Virus record (IMG/VR): IMGVR_UViG_3300043414_000277
Location: 1-30,337 of that record
Source of the DNA: a virus
Lineage: Duplodnaviria > Caudoviricetes
Strand: one strand, 5' to 3'
DNA length: 30,337 bases
In this document: in pieces, positions 9,331 to 18,788 of the stretch
Layout of the letters: the number at the start of each line of letters is the position of its first letter
Position numbering within the stretch: position 1 is the stretch's first letter
Program-made: the position numbers and the translations under genes
Notes under the pieces: generated by a model
Databases searched by the model: none
What the model saw: only the letters and a program-made list of their open reading frames with translations
Told to the model about the DNA's origin: nothing

Positions 9331-10767
9331 ATGGCAGATGTGTCTTTTGATGATTTAATCCCTAAAGCAACTTCGTTTGAAGATCTTATTCCTCGTTCAA
9401 CAGGACAAGAACTCACTCGTCAATTAGGGTTAACAGGGCGTGCAGCTATTGAAGGTTTCACAGCTCCCGCTACTGCGGTGTTAGAAGCTGGTCGTGGCTT
9501 GTATAACATTGGCGCTAATCTGATGGGTTCAGAAAGCCGCATCCCTAGTTTTGCTCAAGCTCAAAGTCAAGCCCTAACGCAAGCAGGTATTCCTGAGCCT
9601 CAGACAATGGGTGAACGTGCTGTCCAAGCTGGCGCTCAAGCTATGATGGGCACAGGTTCGCTTGCTAAATTAGCTCCTAATGTTCCCGCATTGGCTGCTG
9701 ATATGGCTCGTCAGATTCCAGTATCTGCTGTTGCTGGCTTAGTGTCTCAACCCACTGCTGAAGTTATTAAAGACTACACAGGTAGTGATCTTGCAGCCAC
9801 TATTGCAGCTATTGGTGCAGGTACTTTGGCAGCTGGAGCGTCAGGTCGTGCTATTGGTGCAGCTATCAAAGAAAACAAACCTGTCTTTACAATGGAGGAA
9901 GTTAAGCAACGCGCTTCTCGTTCATATAAAGCTGTGGATGATGCCGGAATTGCAGTTAAGCCTCAGAGCGCCTTAAACATGGTTGGAGATATTCGTAAGT
10001 CTTTAGACGATGCAAATATGATTCCCGGATCTCCTGAAGCAGCTACAGTTGAACGAACACTAGCTCAGATGGAAAAGATCATTGGCACTCAAAGAGTTCC
10101 TTTTGCTACTGTAGACCGTCTTCGTCAATTAGCTAATGATCTGAAGGGTAGCTCTGAGCCAAAAGAAGCTCGTCTTGGTTCTTTAGCTGTAGATTCTGTT
10201 GATAACTACATCGCTAAGCTTAATGGTCGTGACTTAATTGCTGGTCAAGCAGGTCTAGACGATGCTGTTAAAAGAGTGATGGACGCTCGTAAGGATTGGC
10301 GTAATGCCTCTCGTGCTCAAGTTTTGGAAGACGCTCTTAACGTAGCTGAGATTAAAAAAGAGATGCCTAACGCTTCTGAAAGTGAGCTGATTCGTCGAGG
10401 CTTTGTTAATATTGCAGCTAACAAAAACAAGATGAATATGTTTAATGAGCAAGAACAGAATATCATTAAATCTGTTATCAAAGGCGGTAGCCTTGATCCT
10501 TTGTTGAGCTTTGCTTCTCAGTTTAATCCTCTTCGTTCTAAGTTGTCTGCTGGTGCGTATGGTGTTGCTGCTACTCAAGCACCAATGGCTGCTGGAGGTC
10601 TTGCCGCTGCTGGATATACTGCGGATACTTTACAAGGTTTGATGCGTCGACGAGCTGCACAACAAGCTGCTAATTCAATTGCTTCAGGTCAAGCTCTTCC
10701 TTCACAGCCTAACTTAGCTTATCGCGGCCTACTCTCAACAGGTTTGGTTCCTCCAGAAGTGAAGTAA
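9331..10767 (+). CDS. Internal virion/DNA ejection protein 3
   Basis: A/G-rich with hydrophobic segments; last of three large genes after the tail; SD AAGGA. Confidence 0.6.
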   Translation: MADVSFDDLIPKATSFEDLIPRSTGQELTRQLGLTGRAAIEGFTAPATAVLEAGRGLYNIGANLMGSESRIPSFAQAQSQALTQAGIPEPQTMGERAVQAGAQAMMGTGSLAKLAPNVPALAADMARQIPVSAVAGLVSQPTAEVIKDYTGSDLAATIAAIGAGTLAAGASGRAIGAAIKENKPVFTMEEVKQRASRSYKAVDDAGIAVKPQSALNMVGDIRKSLDDANMIPGSPEAATVERTLAQMEKIIGTQRVPFATVDRLRQLANDLKGSSEPKEARLGSLAVDSVDNYIAKLNGRDLIAGQAGLDDAVKRVMDARKDWRNASRAQVLEDALNVAEIKKEMPNASESELIRRGFVNIAANKNKMNMFNEQEQNIIKSVIKGGSLDPLLSFASQFNPLRSKLSAGAYGVAATQAPMAAGGLAAAGYTADTLQGLMRRRAAQQAANSIASGQALPSQPNLAYRGLLSTGLVPPEVK

Positions 10768-11480
10768 TGCCTCTAATCCTCCTTGCTGGTGCTCTCAAAG
10801 CTGTTGAGGCTATCCAGCAGGGATGTGAGCTATACAAAGAATACAAAGGCGTAGTCTTACAGGCTAAGGAGACCTTTGATGAAGCTAAAGAGCACGTAGA
10901 GGAAGTAGTTGGGTTATGGGGGTTCATTAAGTCTAAGTTGTTTCCGTCACCGCAGGAGCCACCTAAGCCTGTTACGCCGGAAACTACACCAACTAAAAAG
11001 GCTCCACCTAAGAGAGTACAACACAGTGAACAGGACATCAAGGCTGATTTAATAAAGAACTTGAAGATCTTCTTTAAAGCCATGATAGCCATTGACGCTA
11101 AGATAGCTAAACAGCAAGAACGTATTGACCATGAGGTCATAGAGCCTGATGAGTTACTTGATGTCTCCTTGGATTTAGTAATAGCTAAAAAGGAGATGGA
11201 GAAGGCCCAGAAGGAATTAAGAGAGACAATGGTTTACCAGAGTCCTCCTGAGTTAGGTTCACTTTACAGTGACGTAATTGAAATGTTTGGAATAGTGCGA
11301 GAGAAACAAGAAGTAACGCACTTGTTAACAATAAAACGCAGAAAAGAAGAAGTATTAAAGAAAACTAACTTAGTTAATAAGATTAGGAAACGGATATTAC
11401 TGGTCATAGTAATGGCTATATTGGTACTGGAAATATGGGGACTAACAGCAGCAATTCTTCTAGCGAGACACTCTACATAA
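10767..11480 (+). CDS. Coiled-coil protein with C-terminal TM helix
   Basis: TAATG coupling to the upstream gene; K/E-rich; C-terminal ILLVIVMAILVLEIWGLTAAILL. Confidence 0.7.
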   Translation: MPLILLAGALKAVEAIQQGCELYKEYKGVVLQAKETFDEAKEHVEEVVGLWGFIKSKLFPSPQEPPKPVTPETTPTKKAPPKRVQHSEQDIKADLIKNLKIFFKAMIAIDAKIAKQQERIDHEVIEPDELLDVSLDLVIAKKEMEKAQKELRETMVYQSPPELGSLYSDVIEMFGIVREKQEVTHLLTIKRRKEEVLKKTNLVNKIRKRILLVIVMAILVLEIWGLTAAILLARHST

Positions 11481-11584
11481 GTTTCCTTGTGATTCTTACT
11501 CTATTGTTTTGTATTATTTTACCTTTTGAACTCTACTTATATATTATTGTAAAGGACGCTGTAGCGGCGTGTAGTAAACCATGA
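11435..11584 (+). CDS. Small membrane protein (49 aa, not in ORF track)
   Basis: Hand-translated MGTNSSNSSSETLYISFLVILTLLFCIILPFELYLYIIVKDAVAACSKP; stop overlaps the ATG of the next gene (ATGA). Confidence 0.55.
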   Translation: MGTNSSNSSSETLYISFLVILTLLFCIILPFELYLYIIVKDAVAACSKP

Positions 11585-12066
11585 ACGACATACTATCAGG
11601 TCTTTTAAAGAATGTAGCACCCGGCCTAGCTACTGCTGTAATGGGTCCTCTCGGCGGTATAGCTGTTAAAGCTATAGCTTCTAAGTTAGGCGTAGAAGAT
11701 ACAGTTGAGGCGGTGGCTGCACACCTTCAGGCTAACCCTGATGCAGCTTTAAAACTGCGTGAACTAGACCTTAAAGAGTTGGAATTAAACAACGCTAATA
11801 CAGATAGCGCACGTAAGATGAACGCTGAAGTCCAGAACTCAGCTAATGCGTCTTGGTTATCAAAGAACATTGCATATTGTATTGACGTAGTGATCGTATT
11901 GAGTACTATTGGTCTTACATATATGTTGATGTCTCAGCAAGTTCCCCCAGACAACAAAGAATTAGCTCTCATGGCTTTTGGTTCTCTTGTTACTTTGTGC
12001 GGCACTGTTGTGAATTTCCATAGAGGCTCTTCGCAGGGCAGTAAAGATAAATCAAAAGGACTCTAA
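11581..12066 (+). CDS. Putative holin (3TM, GTA-holin-like)
   Basis: VAPGLATAVMGPLGG N-terminus, TDSARKM, two C-terminal TM segments and FHRGSSQGS tail; upstream of the endolysin. Confidence 0.6.
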   Translation: MNDILSGLLKNVAPGLATAVMGPLGGIAVKAIASKLGVEDTVEAVAAHLQANPDAALKLRELDLKELELNNANTDSARKMNAEVQNSANASWLSKNIAYCIDVVIVLSTIGLTYMLMSQQVPPDNKELALMAFGSLVTLCGTVVNFHRGSSQGSKDKSKGL

Positions 12067-12068
12067 AA

Positions 12069-12284
12069 ATGAAGCTAAAAGACTTCTGTGTTGTTACCGC
12101 TACAGGCTCACTTGTGCTAGTTGTCGTAGCTATGGTAGCTATGTTCGTTATTGCTTTGCTGGATTCAACAGTGGACGATAAGATTGTATTTGATATTGTA
12201 GGCCCTGCTTTCCAGACTATCGTTGGTGGATTCATTGGCTTGATTACAGGTATTAAAGTAGGAGAAGACAATGAACCTAAGTGA
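12069..12284 (+). CDS. Small two-TM membrane protein (lysis module)
   Basis: Two hydrophobic helices; lies between the holin-like gene and the endolysin. Confidence 0.6.
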   Translation: MKLKDFCVVTATGSLVLVVVAMVAMFVIALLDSTVDDKIVFDIVGPAFQTIVGGFIGLITGIKVGEDNEPK

Positions 12285-12723
12285 GCATTTTACATTGGAT
12301 GAGGCTACCTACAGTGAGACTGCTGTACGCAACGGTATCGACAATCAACCCTCTACTGTCCAACTTGAGAACATGAAGGTAGCAGCTCAGAAACTAGAGC
12401 AACTACGAGCCGTTACAGGGCCACTGAAGATTAACTCTTGGTTGCGTCTACCCGCCGTGAACGTGGCTGTTGGAGGCTCTAAAGTGTCCTCTCACATGGA
12501 CGGATGGGCCATTGATGTGTCTAGCTCTAAGCTGACTCCAATTCAGCTGTGTCAAGAAGTCAAGAAAGCTGGCATCAAATTTGATCAAATGATACACGAG
12601 TTTGGACGCTGGATGCACATTAGCTTTGCACCTGAGATGAGGCAACAAGAGCTGACTATCTTCAAACCTGAAGGTAAGTACAAAGCAGGTATCCTCACCG
12701 AAGAGGAATACCACAAAGCCTAA
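12271..12723 (+). CDS. Endolysin, Peptidase M15A family
   Basis: LSEHFTLDE, NSWLR, SSHMDGWAID (H and D zinc ligands), WMHISF (third zinc ligand). Confidence 0.88.
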   Translation: MNLSEHFTLDEATYSETAVRNGIDNQPSTVQLENMKVAAQKLEQLRAVTGPLKINSWLRLPAVNVAVGGSKVSSHMDGWAIDVSSSKLTPIQLCQEVKKAGIKFDQMIHEFGRWMHISFAPEMRQQELTIFKPEGKYKAGILTEEEYHKA

Positions 12724-12750
12724 AAAGAAAGCCCCGTGAGGGGCTTCTTA
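12722..12750. terminator. Bidirectional terminator between the convergent arms
   Basis: AAGCCCC-GTGA-GGGGCTT hairpin with an A-run on the left and CTT on the right. Confidence 0.8.
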
Positions 12751-12762
12751 GTTTCCGTTAGT

Positions 12763-12915
12763 CTATGTAAAGAGGATTGCCATTGTGAAGAATCCTAGGT
12801 GAATCAAGACAGCGGTAGCCATCTCGTAATCATCCTCAGCTACTTCAACAACGGCTTGATCAGTATGGGCAATACCGATTACAAAGCCTCCGGACCATGA
12901 AAAGTCTATAATCAT
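12763..12915 (-). CDS. Hypothetical protein (50 aa, not in ORF track)
   Basis: Hand-translated MIIDFSWSGGFVIGIAHTDQAVVEVAEDDYEMATAVLIHLGFFTMAILFT; ATGA overlap with the upstream gene. Confidence 0.65.
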   Translation of the reverse strand: MIIDFSWSGGFVIGIAHTDQAVVEVAEDDYEMATAVLIHLGFFTMAILFT

Positions 12916-13178
12916 TGTGGGTTCTCCTTTTTTAGTTTGTATTTAGGCTTATCATCAACTTCAATATTTAGATAAGTTTCTAAAAGATCCAAACGTCTTG
13001 CTAAAGAACCTGTTTGACTTTCATAACGAATTTTATGAAGATCTATTTCCAAATCTTGAACACGGCATTTAAGAAAATCAAAGTCTGCCTTTGATGGGGC
13101 AAGTCCGTGACCTTCTTTTTTACACTCATCCCAAACAAACTTAGATTTCTTTGCAAACCATTTATCAAACCAGTTCAT
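12912..13178 (-). CDS. Hypothetical protein
   Basis: Likely start MNWFDKWF at 13178 (TAATG coupling). Confidence 0.6.
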   Translation of the reverse strand: MNWFDKWFAKKSKFVWDECKKEGHGLAPSKADFDFLKCRVQDLEIDLHKIRYESQTGSLARRLDLLETYLNIEVDDKPKYKLKKENPQ

Positions 13179-13267
13179 TACCAGTGCCTCCAAGTATTAG
13201 CGATAATATGAAAGCAGGTGACCATCTCGATCACCCGCATGAGAACATTGATGTACTTAGATCTCAC
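13178..13267 (-). CDS. Small peptide (29 aa, not in ORF track)
   Basis: GTG start; (M)RSKYINVLMRVIEMVTCFHIIANTWRHW exactly fills the gap after nrdJ with overlaps at both ends. Confidence 0.45.
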   Translation of the reverse strand: MRSKYINVLMRVIEMVTCFHIIANTWRHW

Positions 13268-15158
13268 AGACCCCCGCGACACACGCAAGCATCTGAGCAC
13301 CTTCCACGTTATCTGTCTTCTCTGTCATTTGTTCCCAATCAATCTCAGTCGGCATTTGAGCAAGAAGTTCAGTATACGTATTTGAGTCAATGGCTTCATA
13401 GGGAGCTTGTCGATAAGTTCCACCATCCATCGGTAAATAAGATACACCAGTGATCTCATCGAAGTTCTCCCATGTCCACGCCCCTACCTTAGGCCACTCG
13501 TCCTCATTGACTGAGATGGTCACTGAAGGCTTATGCTCACACCAATGGCGCTGAAATGCTAACCACAGATCCAAGTGTTCAATAGCTGACAAGTCTTCAC
13601 GTAGACGAGCACCTTCAGGTGTCTTCATAGGGAACGAGAAGATAGTCGTTGACTCAGGCTTCATCACACAAGGCTCCCAAGGGAATCCAGCACTCTTCAA
13701 GAAGTCAGTAATTGGATCTTTGGCATCAGAACGTACACGGCGAATAAAATAAGTGCTGTGTTGAGGATGAATGCCACTAGCAGTACCAGTAAGCTGGCTA
13801 ACCGTTCCTTCGGGCTTGACGCAGGTGATTGCAGCAGAAGCATTGATGCCAAGTTCAGCAGCAAGATGCTTATTAGTATCCACAGCGACATTTTTCAGCT
13901 CCTCTAAACGTGCAGGTAAGTCTTTATCGTAGGCATCATTGAGCAACGTATTGTCCAAGATACCTGTCATGGAGACACCCAACAAGCGCTCATCTTCAGT
14001 GTTAGTCTGCCAGATCTTACGCAGATATGGAAAGTTAGTTAACGTGGATTGGAAGGTTCCCAAGATTGTCGCAATAGCGACTTTTTCTTTAAGAGACTCC
14101 AGTGTATCCCCCGAACGCACAATAACTGAGCTGAGGTTGCAAAACTGATAAGGGCGGAGAATAATTTCAGAACAAGGGTTAGTGCCCCATTCTTTATCGA
14201 GTACACGACGACCATTCTTAGACGCTTGAATCTCAGACGCATAGCGGTTAAAAATTCCACGCTCACCTGAGTGACTTTCATAAATATTGCTCCATTCACG
14301 CATAAACTGACCTACGTCAGGCTTGACATCATACACGGCTGAGTTGTTAGCCAAGGCACGTTGACCATTACCGTCCCACCAAGCTCCTGCCTTAGCGTGA
14401 GCCATACGATCATCACCCAAGTCAGACAAAGAGATCATTGCTGAGCGACGAACTCCACCGACAACCACAACTTCTCCAATTTTACAGAGAATATCATGTG
14501 CTTCAATCGAGAAGAGCTTGCGGCCTTGGGCAGTCTTAAACTTAGCGACCACGTACTTAAAGAGGTCAACCAACGGCTCTGGACCACTTGCACGGCCCCC
14601 GAAGGTCTTGAGGCGTGTACCAGCAGGGCGCACAGCAGAGACATCCCACTTAGGTACTTCTCCCGCCCACAATAGAGCGAGTACTTGTCGTAGTGCCTTA
14701 GCCCATCCTTCTTTGGAGTCCTTAACGTGAACCACAGTATTAGACTCATAAAGCTTTTCAGGAATCTCAGGTAAACGATTGACATACTTCTGCTCCACAG
14801 AGAAACCTACACCTGTACCGCACAGGAGAATGTACATAGCCTCATCGAAAGCTTTAGGGTCGTCAATGGGCATGTACGAACAGTTATAACCTGCTACGTT
14901 CTGACGCTCTAGGGCATCACCTGAGGTCATGATTGAGCGCATCGAAGGCATAACGTCCAAGTTGACAATAGCAGTGTTAAGTCGGATGTACAGTGATGCT
15001 GGCATTGTGTAGCCGTGGTTCTTCTGAAGGTGTTCCTGCATGAAGTCCATGTAGCGCTTAGCTGTCTCAGGCCAGTGCTCACGGCGACCTTTATCGTCCA
15101 AGTACCGGCTGTAACGGCTTTTAGCAATATAGGTCTGATACGGGGTCATTTGATTCAT
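13257..15158 (-). CDS. nrdJ: Class II (adenosylcobalamin-dependent) ribonucleotide reductase, monomeric RTPR type
   Basis: YNCSY, GTGVGFSV, VVVGGVRRSA, TNPCSEI, QFCNL, CVKPEGTVS motifs and C-terminal ACVAGVCEI; no beta subunit gene. Confidence 0.93.
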   Translation of the reverse strand: MNQMTPYQTYIAKSRYSRYLDDKGRREHWPETAKRYMDFMQEHLQKNHGYTMPASLYIRLNTAIVNLDVMPSMRSIMTSGDALERQNVAGYNCSYMPIDDPKAFDEAMYILLCGTGVGFSVEQKYVNRLPEIPEKLYESNTVVHVKDSKEGWAKALRQVLALLWAGEVPKWDVSAVRPAGTRLKTFGGRASGPEPLVDLFKYVVAKFKTAQGRKLFSIEAHDILCKIGEVVVVGGVRRSAMISLSDLGDDRMAHAKAGAWWDGNGQRALANNSAVYDVKPDVGQFMREWSNIYESHSGERGIFNRYASEIQASKNGRRVLDKEWGTNPCSEIILRPYQFCNLSSVIVRSGDTLESLKEKVAIATILGTFQSTLTNFPYLRKIWQTNTEDERLLGVSMTGILDNTLLNDAYDKDLPARLEELKNVAVDTNKHLAAELGINASAAITCVKPEGTVSQLTGTASGIHPQHSTYFIRRVRSDAKDPITDFLKSAGFPWEPCVMKPESTTIFSFPMKTPEGARLREDLSAIEHLDLWLAFQRHWCEHKPSVTISVNEDEWPKVGAWTWENFDEITGVSYLPMDGGTYRQAPYEAIDSNTYTELLAQMPTEIDWEQMTEKTDNVEGAQMLACVAGVCEI

Positions 15159-15412
15159 TTTTGGTTGTTCTCTAGTTCAATTAGTTTTTCAAGATAATGG
15201 ATTGCCTTTTGGAGGTCGGCTATACCGCCCTTGTCTCTCCAGCGGGACACGTATTTTACACAGTTTCCTTCAAAATAGCCAAGGTTATTTGCATAAATAT
15301 AGTCCCAAGGTTGAATTTCCTTCTCCTTGTAGTGCTTTCCACTTACTTGTTTAGCATTTGCACTACTTAACCCTGATTGATACTCTTCAATCTCTTTGAG
15401 TGTTGGTTTCAT
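15155..15412 (-). CDS. DUF3310 / T7 gp1.7-like putative nucleotide kinase
   Basis: HY...IQPWDYI...GNCVKYVSRW...DLQKAIHYL signature. Confidence 0.85.
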   Translation of the reverse strand: MKPTLKEIEEYQSGLSSANAKQVSGKHYKEKEIQPWDYIYANNLGYFEGNCVKYVSRWRDKGGIADLQKAIHYLEKLIELENNQK

Positions 15413-16172
15413 TGTGTGAGTACTTTCGTTCTAGGTATTCAATGGATAGGAACATCTCGTCAAAGTGTCCATCCTCTACTTCATTCATTACCAGTAAGCC
15501 CCTCCAATGACGGTTACTTAGCTGATCCATGTAATCTTCGTCGTGAAGATAGTAACTACCGGCAACAATAGCACAAATAGGCTTACCATCAGCACGTTTA
15601 CCATAAGCAATCTGTTTGCCTTGTTGATGACCTGCAACACACGACATATGGAGCTTAGAAATGATAGCAGCGGGAGAAGCAGCAGGACGGCCCATAGCAC
15701 CCACAGGCCAATAATGATTGAAGCCAACTCCGTTGATGAAAACTGGATGGAGAAACTCATGTACTTCCCAATCTTTCAAGTTGAGGTCATCATAGGTCAA
15801 TAGACCTTCAAGCATTGGATTGTTGTTCACAGCCCTTGTGAGGCGATGCTCATGGTTACCCTTCAAGAACACCATACGAGGCTTGTAAACCTTCTGCTTG
15901 GCCTCTTTCTGAGCCTTCTGGAGGTTGTGTAGAGGGTTCAGTAGGGTCAGCATCCCAGTGTTCCCTGCTGCAACGTCAGCTAGGTAGCGTTTACCTTCAA
16001 AGTACTTGCTACCTGCTTTGTCGTGGCTAGAGAGACTAGGGAAGTCCCAATGATCTCCTAAGTGAACTACGACATCTGGACGGTAATCACAAACTGCTTT
16101 CCCTGCCCATGTAAGGTGCTCTTGAGGAGCATCTGGTTTTGCTTGGGTATCTGGAATTACTAAGATACGCAT
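15387..16172 (-). CDS. Calcineurin-like metallophosphoesterase
   Basis: IPDTQ, HLGDHWD, KGNHE and GHQQ motifs. Confidence 0.85.
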   Translation of the reverse strand: MRILVIPDTQAKPDAPQEHLTWAGKAVCDYRPDVVVHLGDHWDFPSLSSHDKAGSKYFEGKRYLADVAAGNTGMLTLLNPLHNLQKAQKEAKQKVYKPRMVFLKGNHEHRLTRAVNNNPMLEGLLTYDDLNLKDWEVHEFLHPVFINGVGFNHYWPVGAMGRPAASPAAIISKLHMSCVAGHQQGKQIAYGKRADGKPICAIVAGSYYLHDEDYMDQLSNRHWRGLLVMNEVEDGHFDEMFLSIEYLERKYSHNETNTQRD

Positions 16173-16645
16173 TATTTAGGCAAGTCCAATTCGTAGACTT
16201 CAGGATAAGCTAAGAGAAGCTGCTGAAGCACTGCATCGTTCAAGCATCGTCCGTAACCTGCAAAAGGCTTTCCTGTACGATCATCAACTTCATTCAAAGG
16301 GAAGTTAACTGAGTAGTACACTTGCTCTTTGATGTTATATCCGTAATGATTGTTCATCTCGTCTAAGATGCGATCAAGAACGTCCATCCAAGTACTGTCG
16401 TGAGCTTCAACAATGAATGTGTGTCTCACAGGTTGTTTTTCCCCTTCAATGTCAATCCACTCATGGCTGTACATTTCAAACGCCCAATAATCCTCATCCA
16501 TGATTGTCTCTGTTTCTTCTACAAACTCGTACTTAGTCGTAGTCAATTCATGCCATTTGTTCTTTAAGTACTGAAACATAGTCATAGGTTCCTTTTTCGT
16601 TGGTTGATTGTTGATGTTGTGAAAGTATTCTTCAAGCTCCGTCAT
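16172..16645 (-). CDS. Hypothetical protein
   Basis: Acidic ORF; start at 16645 (SD GAGGT) or 16585 (SD AAAGGA). Confidence 0.65.
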   Translation of the reverse strand: MTELEEYFHNINNQPTKKEPMTMFQYLKNKWHELTTTKYEFVEETETIMDEDYWAFEMYSHEWIDIEGEKQPVRHTFIVEAHDSTWMDVLDRILDEMNNHYGYNIKEQVYYSVNFPLNEVDDRTGKPFAGYGRCLNDAVLQQLLLAYPEVYELDLPK

Positions 16646-16820
16646 CAATGACCTCACTGTCGTAGTCTGTATCATCTAGATACTTCTTACCTGCTTCAAT
16701 GCCTTGCTTCAAAGCTGTGATGATACCTAAGTTAAGAAGTGCGTGGCGTTCCTCATCGTTCATGTCGAACGTATAAGTTGCGCTGCCGTCTTCATGTTCC
16801 TTGCGTAATGTAACTACCAT
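16632..16820 (-). CDS. Hypothetical protein
   Basis: Start ATG 16820 with SD AAAGGT; EHEDGSATYTFD motif. Confidence 0.65.
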   Translation of the reverse strand: MVVTLRKEHEDGSATYTFDMNDEERHALLNLGIITALKQGIEAGKKYLDDTDYDSEVIDDGA

Positions 16821-17247
16821 CTGATACCTTTCTACGTCTTTCAACGATCCAATCGTGGGGGATTAACTTGTCAGAGTACATATAGCCATTTTTAACACAC
16901 CAATCACCATAGGTTGTACGTGATCCTTTGTGTAGCTTTTGTTTGCTATTTGAGAACACGAAACGAATGTCTAAGTTGGGATGCTGACGTTTGACTAAGA
17001 TGTGCTTCTGACGATCTAGAGCTGTGAATAAACCCTTAGTCTCAATGATGATACCGTTGTCAAGCACGAAGTCAGGTGTGTACTGGTGTTCACTCGCTGG
17101 CTTGATGTACTTAACTTTGGTCTTCTCATACGTGAAAGGGATACCCGCTTCAATGAGTGTATTAGCAACCTTTTCTTCCAAGCCGCTACGCCACCCATGT
17201 TTCATCGCATTAGCCCTGATGTTACTGGTTGTCTTACGAGTTACCAT
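16792..17247 (-). CDS. T7 endonuclease I-like Holliday junction resolvase
   Basis: RSGLEEKVA, YTPDFVL, IIIETKG, DRQKH and DIRFVF motifs as in T7 gp3. Confidence 0.92.
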   Translation of the reverse strand: MVTRKTTSNIRANAMKHGWRSGLEEKVANTLIEAGIPFTYEKTKVKYIKPASEHQYTPDFVLDNGIIIETKGLFTALDRQKHILVKRQHPNLDIRFVFSNSKQKLHKGSRTTYGDWCVKNGYMYSDKLIPHDWIVERRRKVSDGSYITQGT

Positions 17248-17530
17248 TTACTTTTGTTCTCTCATACTGATGCAACAGAGCACCGAAAGCATCTACAAAG
17301 ATCTCATCGTGATTAGTATGTCCCATAGCGAACATAATAGCGTGGACGAGTTCATGGCAGAATGTCTGCTCAGTGAAGTTCTTATTCATACCTGATCGAA
17401 GATGAATGATCTGAGTAGCACAATCACACTTACCATACTCAGATAACTCCTCTACGAACTTGACTTGCCACTGGCATCCAACAAGGTAGAAACTAGAGGG
17501 CACATTTGGTTTGATGTTCTTCGGAGCCAT
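17234..17530 (-). CDS. Small zincin-like (HExxH) protein
   Basis: TFCHELVHAI motif plus downstream HDE. Confidence 0.65.
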   Translation of the reverse strand: MAPKNIKPNVPSSFYLVGCQWQVKFVEELSEYGKCDCATQIIHLRSGMNKNFTEQTFCHELVHAIMFAMGHTNHDEIFVDAFGALLHQYERTKVNGNS

Positions 17531-18177
17531 AGAAGGTTTAAGTTTTCATCGACACGAAGTTGATTACCATCGTAAGCTTTGAGACAAGCATCATAGTATT
17601 CCTTTTCAGTTTTACAATCCTGTAGCAGCTTTGCAGCCTTTACAGGGCCAATGCCTTTCAAGCCAATGATGTTGTCAATACGATCCCCTGTGAGCACCTG
17701 AGTGAATAAGTTACGAAGACCTTGCTCCTCAGTAACGTAGTATTCCTCATGCTTCACAAAGTTGTAGTGCCAACCAGCGACTTGATCTAGGTCTTTGTCA
17801 ATGGAGACAATCCATCCGCCCGTCTTAGTTGCCTCAATAGCCACTGCATCGTCAGCCTCTTGTCCTTCAACCAGTTCTGCCCCTAGGCGCTGGAGATGGG
17901 TACGAATAGCTGCGTAATGCACTGGCTTCTTAGCATCCTTTCTGTTCCCTTTGTAAGGCTCAGTAACTGCTATGTCATTGCGAAAGTTACTACGACCTGT
18001 GATGTACGCTTTGTAATCATCGCACTTCAGGTTATCGTAAACAATCTCATGGATCAAAGTAGTCACACGAGCCAAACAGATAGCTTCATCAACGTCTTCA
18101 GATGCAAACCCAACGCGGTAAGTAATCAAATCGGCGTCAATGATGGCTAACTTAGGACGATCCTCAGAGTGCGTCAT
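17452..18177 (-). CDS. 5'-3' exonuclease (T7 gp6-like)
   Basis: IIDAD, YKGNR, EADDAV, DKDL and GDRIDNIIGLKGIGPVKA motifs; start 18177 with SD GAGGA. Confidence 0.9.
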   Translation of the reverse strand: MTHSEDRPKLAIIDADLITYRVGFASEDVDEAICLARVTTLIHEIVYDNLKCDDYKAYITGRSNFRNDIAVTEPYKGNRKDAKKPVHYAAIRTHLQRLGAELVEGQEADDAVAIEATKTGGWIVSIDKDLDQVAGWHYNFVKHEEYYVTEEQGLRNLFTQVLTGDRIDNIIGLKGIGPVKAAKLLQDCKTEKEYYDACLKAYDGNQLRVDENLNLLWLRRTSNQMCPLVSTLLDASGKSSS

Positions 18178-18583
18178 CGTCCTCTTCAACAGTTTCTGTA
18201 GGCGTGTAAGTCACTACCTCAGTCACCATCAACTTCTTGATCGTAGGTGCTAGGCCATGCTTCGCTGACATACGGTGAGTGTACGCTGTGAGCACTGCTA
18301 CGCACTTGGAGCCGTTACCGAGAGCCTTAACGTCAACTTCTTTCATGGAATCATCTGTGGGATTGAACAAGTACTTGCTCTTAGCCACAATGAAGTTACC
18401 TTGTGACTCTTTGTTCTTTACTTTGATGCCTAAGCCTGTGAGCTTTGCTGCATCGTCATCACTGATGTTACCGATGGTGCATTCGTAACGATCATTGTCT
18501 TCGTTAAATGCTTTGTTGAATTCAGCCATGTACTTCGACCAAAACAACTCACCGCTAATCTTTACTGGTTTCAAATCTGACAT
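18164..18583 (-). CDS. Single-stranded DNA-binding protein (gp2.5-like)
   Basis: LGNGSK motif, acidic C-terminal tail EEDDDAL; position in the replication module. Confidence 0.7.
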   Translation of the reverse strand: MSDLKPVKISGELFWSKYMAEFNKAFNEDNDRYECTIGNISDDDAAKLTGLGIKVKNKESQGNFIVAKSKYLFNPTDDSMKEVDVKALGNGSKCVAVLTAYTHRMSAKHGLAPTIKKLMVTEVVTYTPTETVEEDDDAL

Positions 18584-18602
18584 ATATCATTTCCTTTTTA
18601 AG

Positions 18603-18788
18603 TTATTGAAGGTAACTACCTTCTTTGCGAGAAAGATTCTCGGCTTCATCCTCAATGTACGCTAGTGCCGCTGAGAGCACTAAGTATACATCAAGAATAT
18701 CCAGATCATCGCTGTGCAAAAGCAAGAAAGAATCATCGCTAATGTTCAACATGATCTGAGATTTCAGTTTATCTGTTCTGTCTATCAA
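18603..18788 (-). CDS. Hypothetical protein
   Basis: ATGA coupling to the polymerase stop. Confidence 0.6.
   Translation of the reverse strand: MIDRTDKLKSQIMLNISDDSFLLLHSDDLDILDVYLVLSAALAYIEDEAENLSRKEGSYLQ

Noticed and set aside
1320-11140. Minus-strand ORFs within the structural genes (e.g. 1607-1861, 2800-3195, 3836-4228, 10709-11140)
   Set aside because: Antisense shadows of well-supported genes, with no motifs or SD
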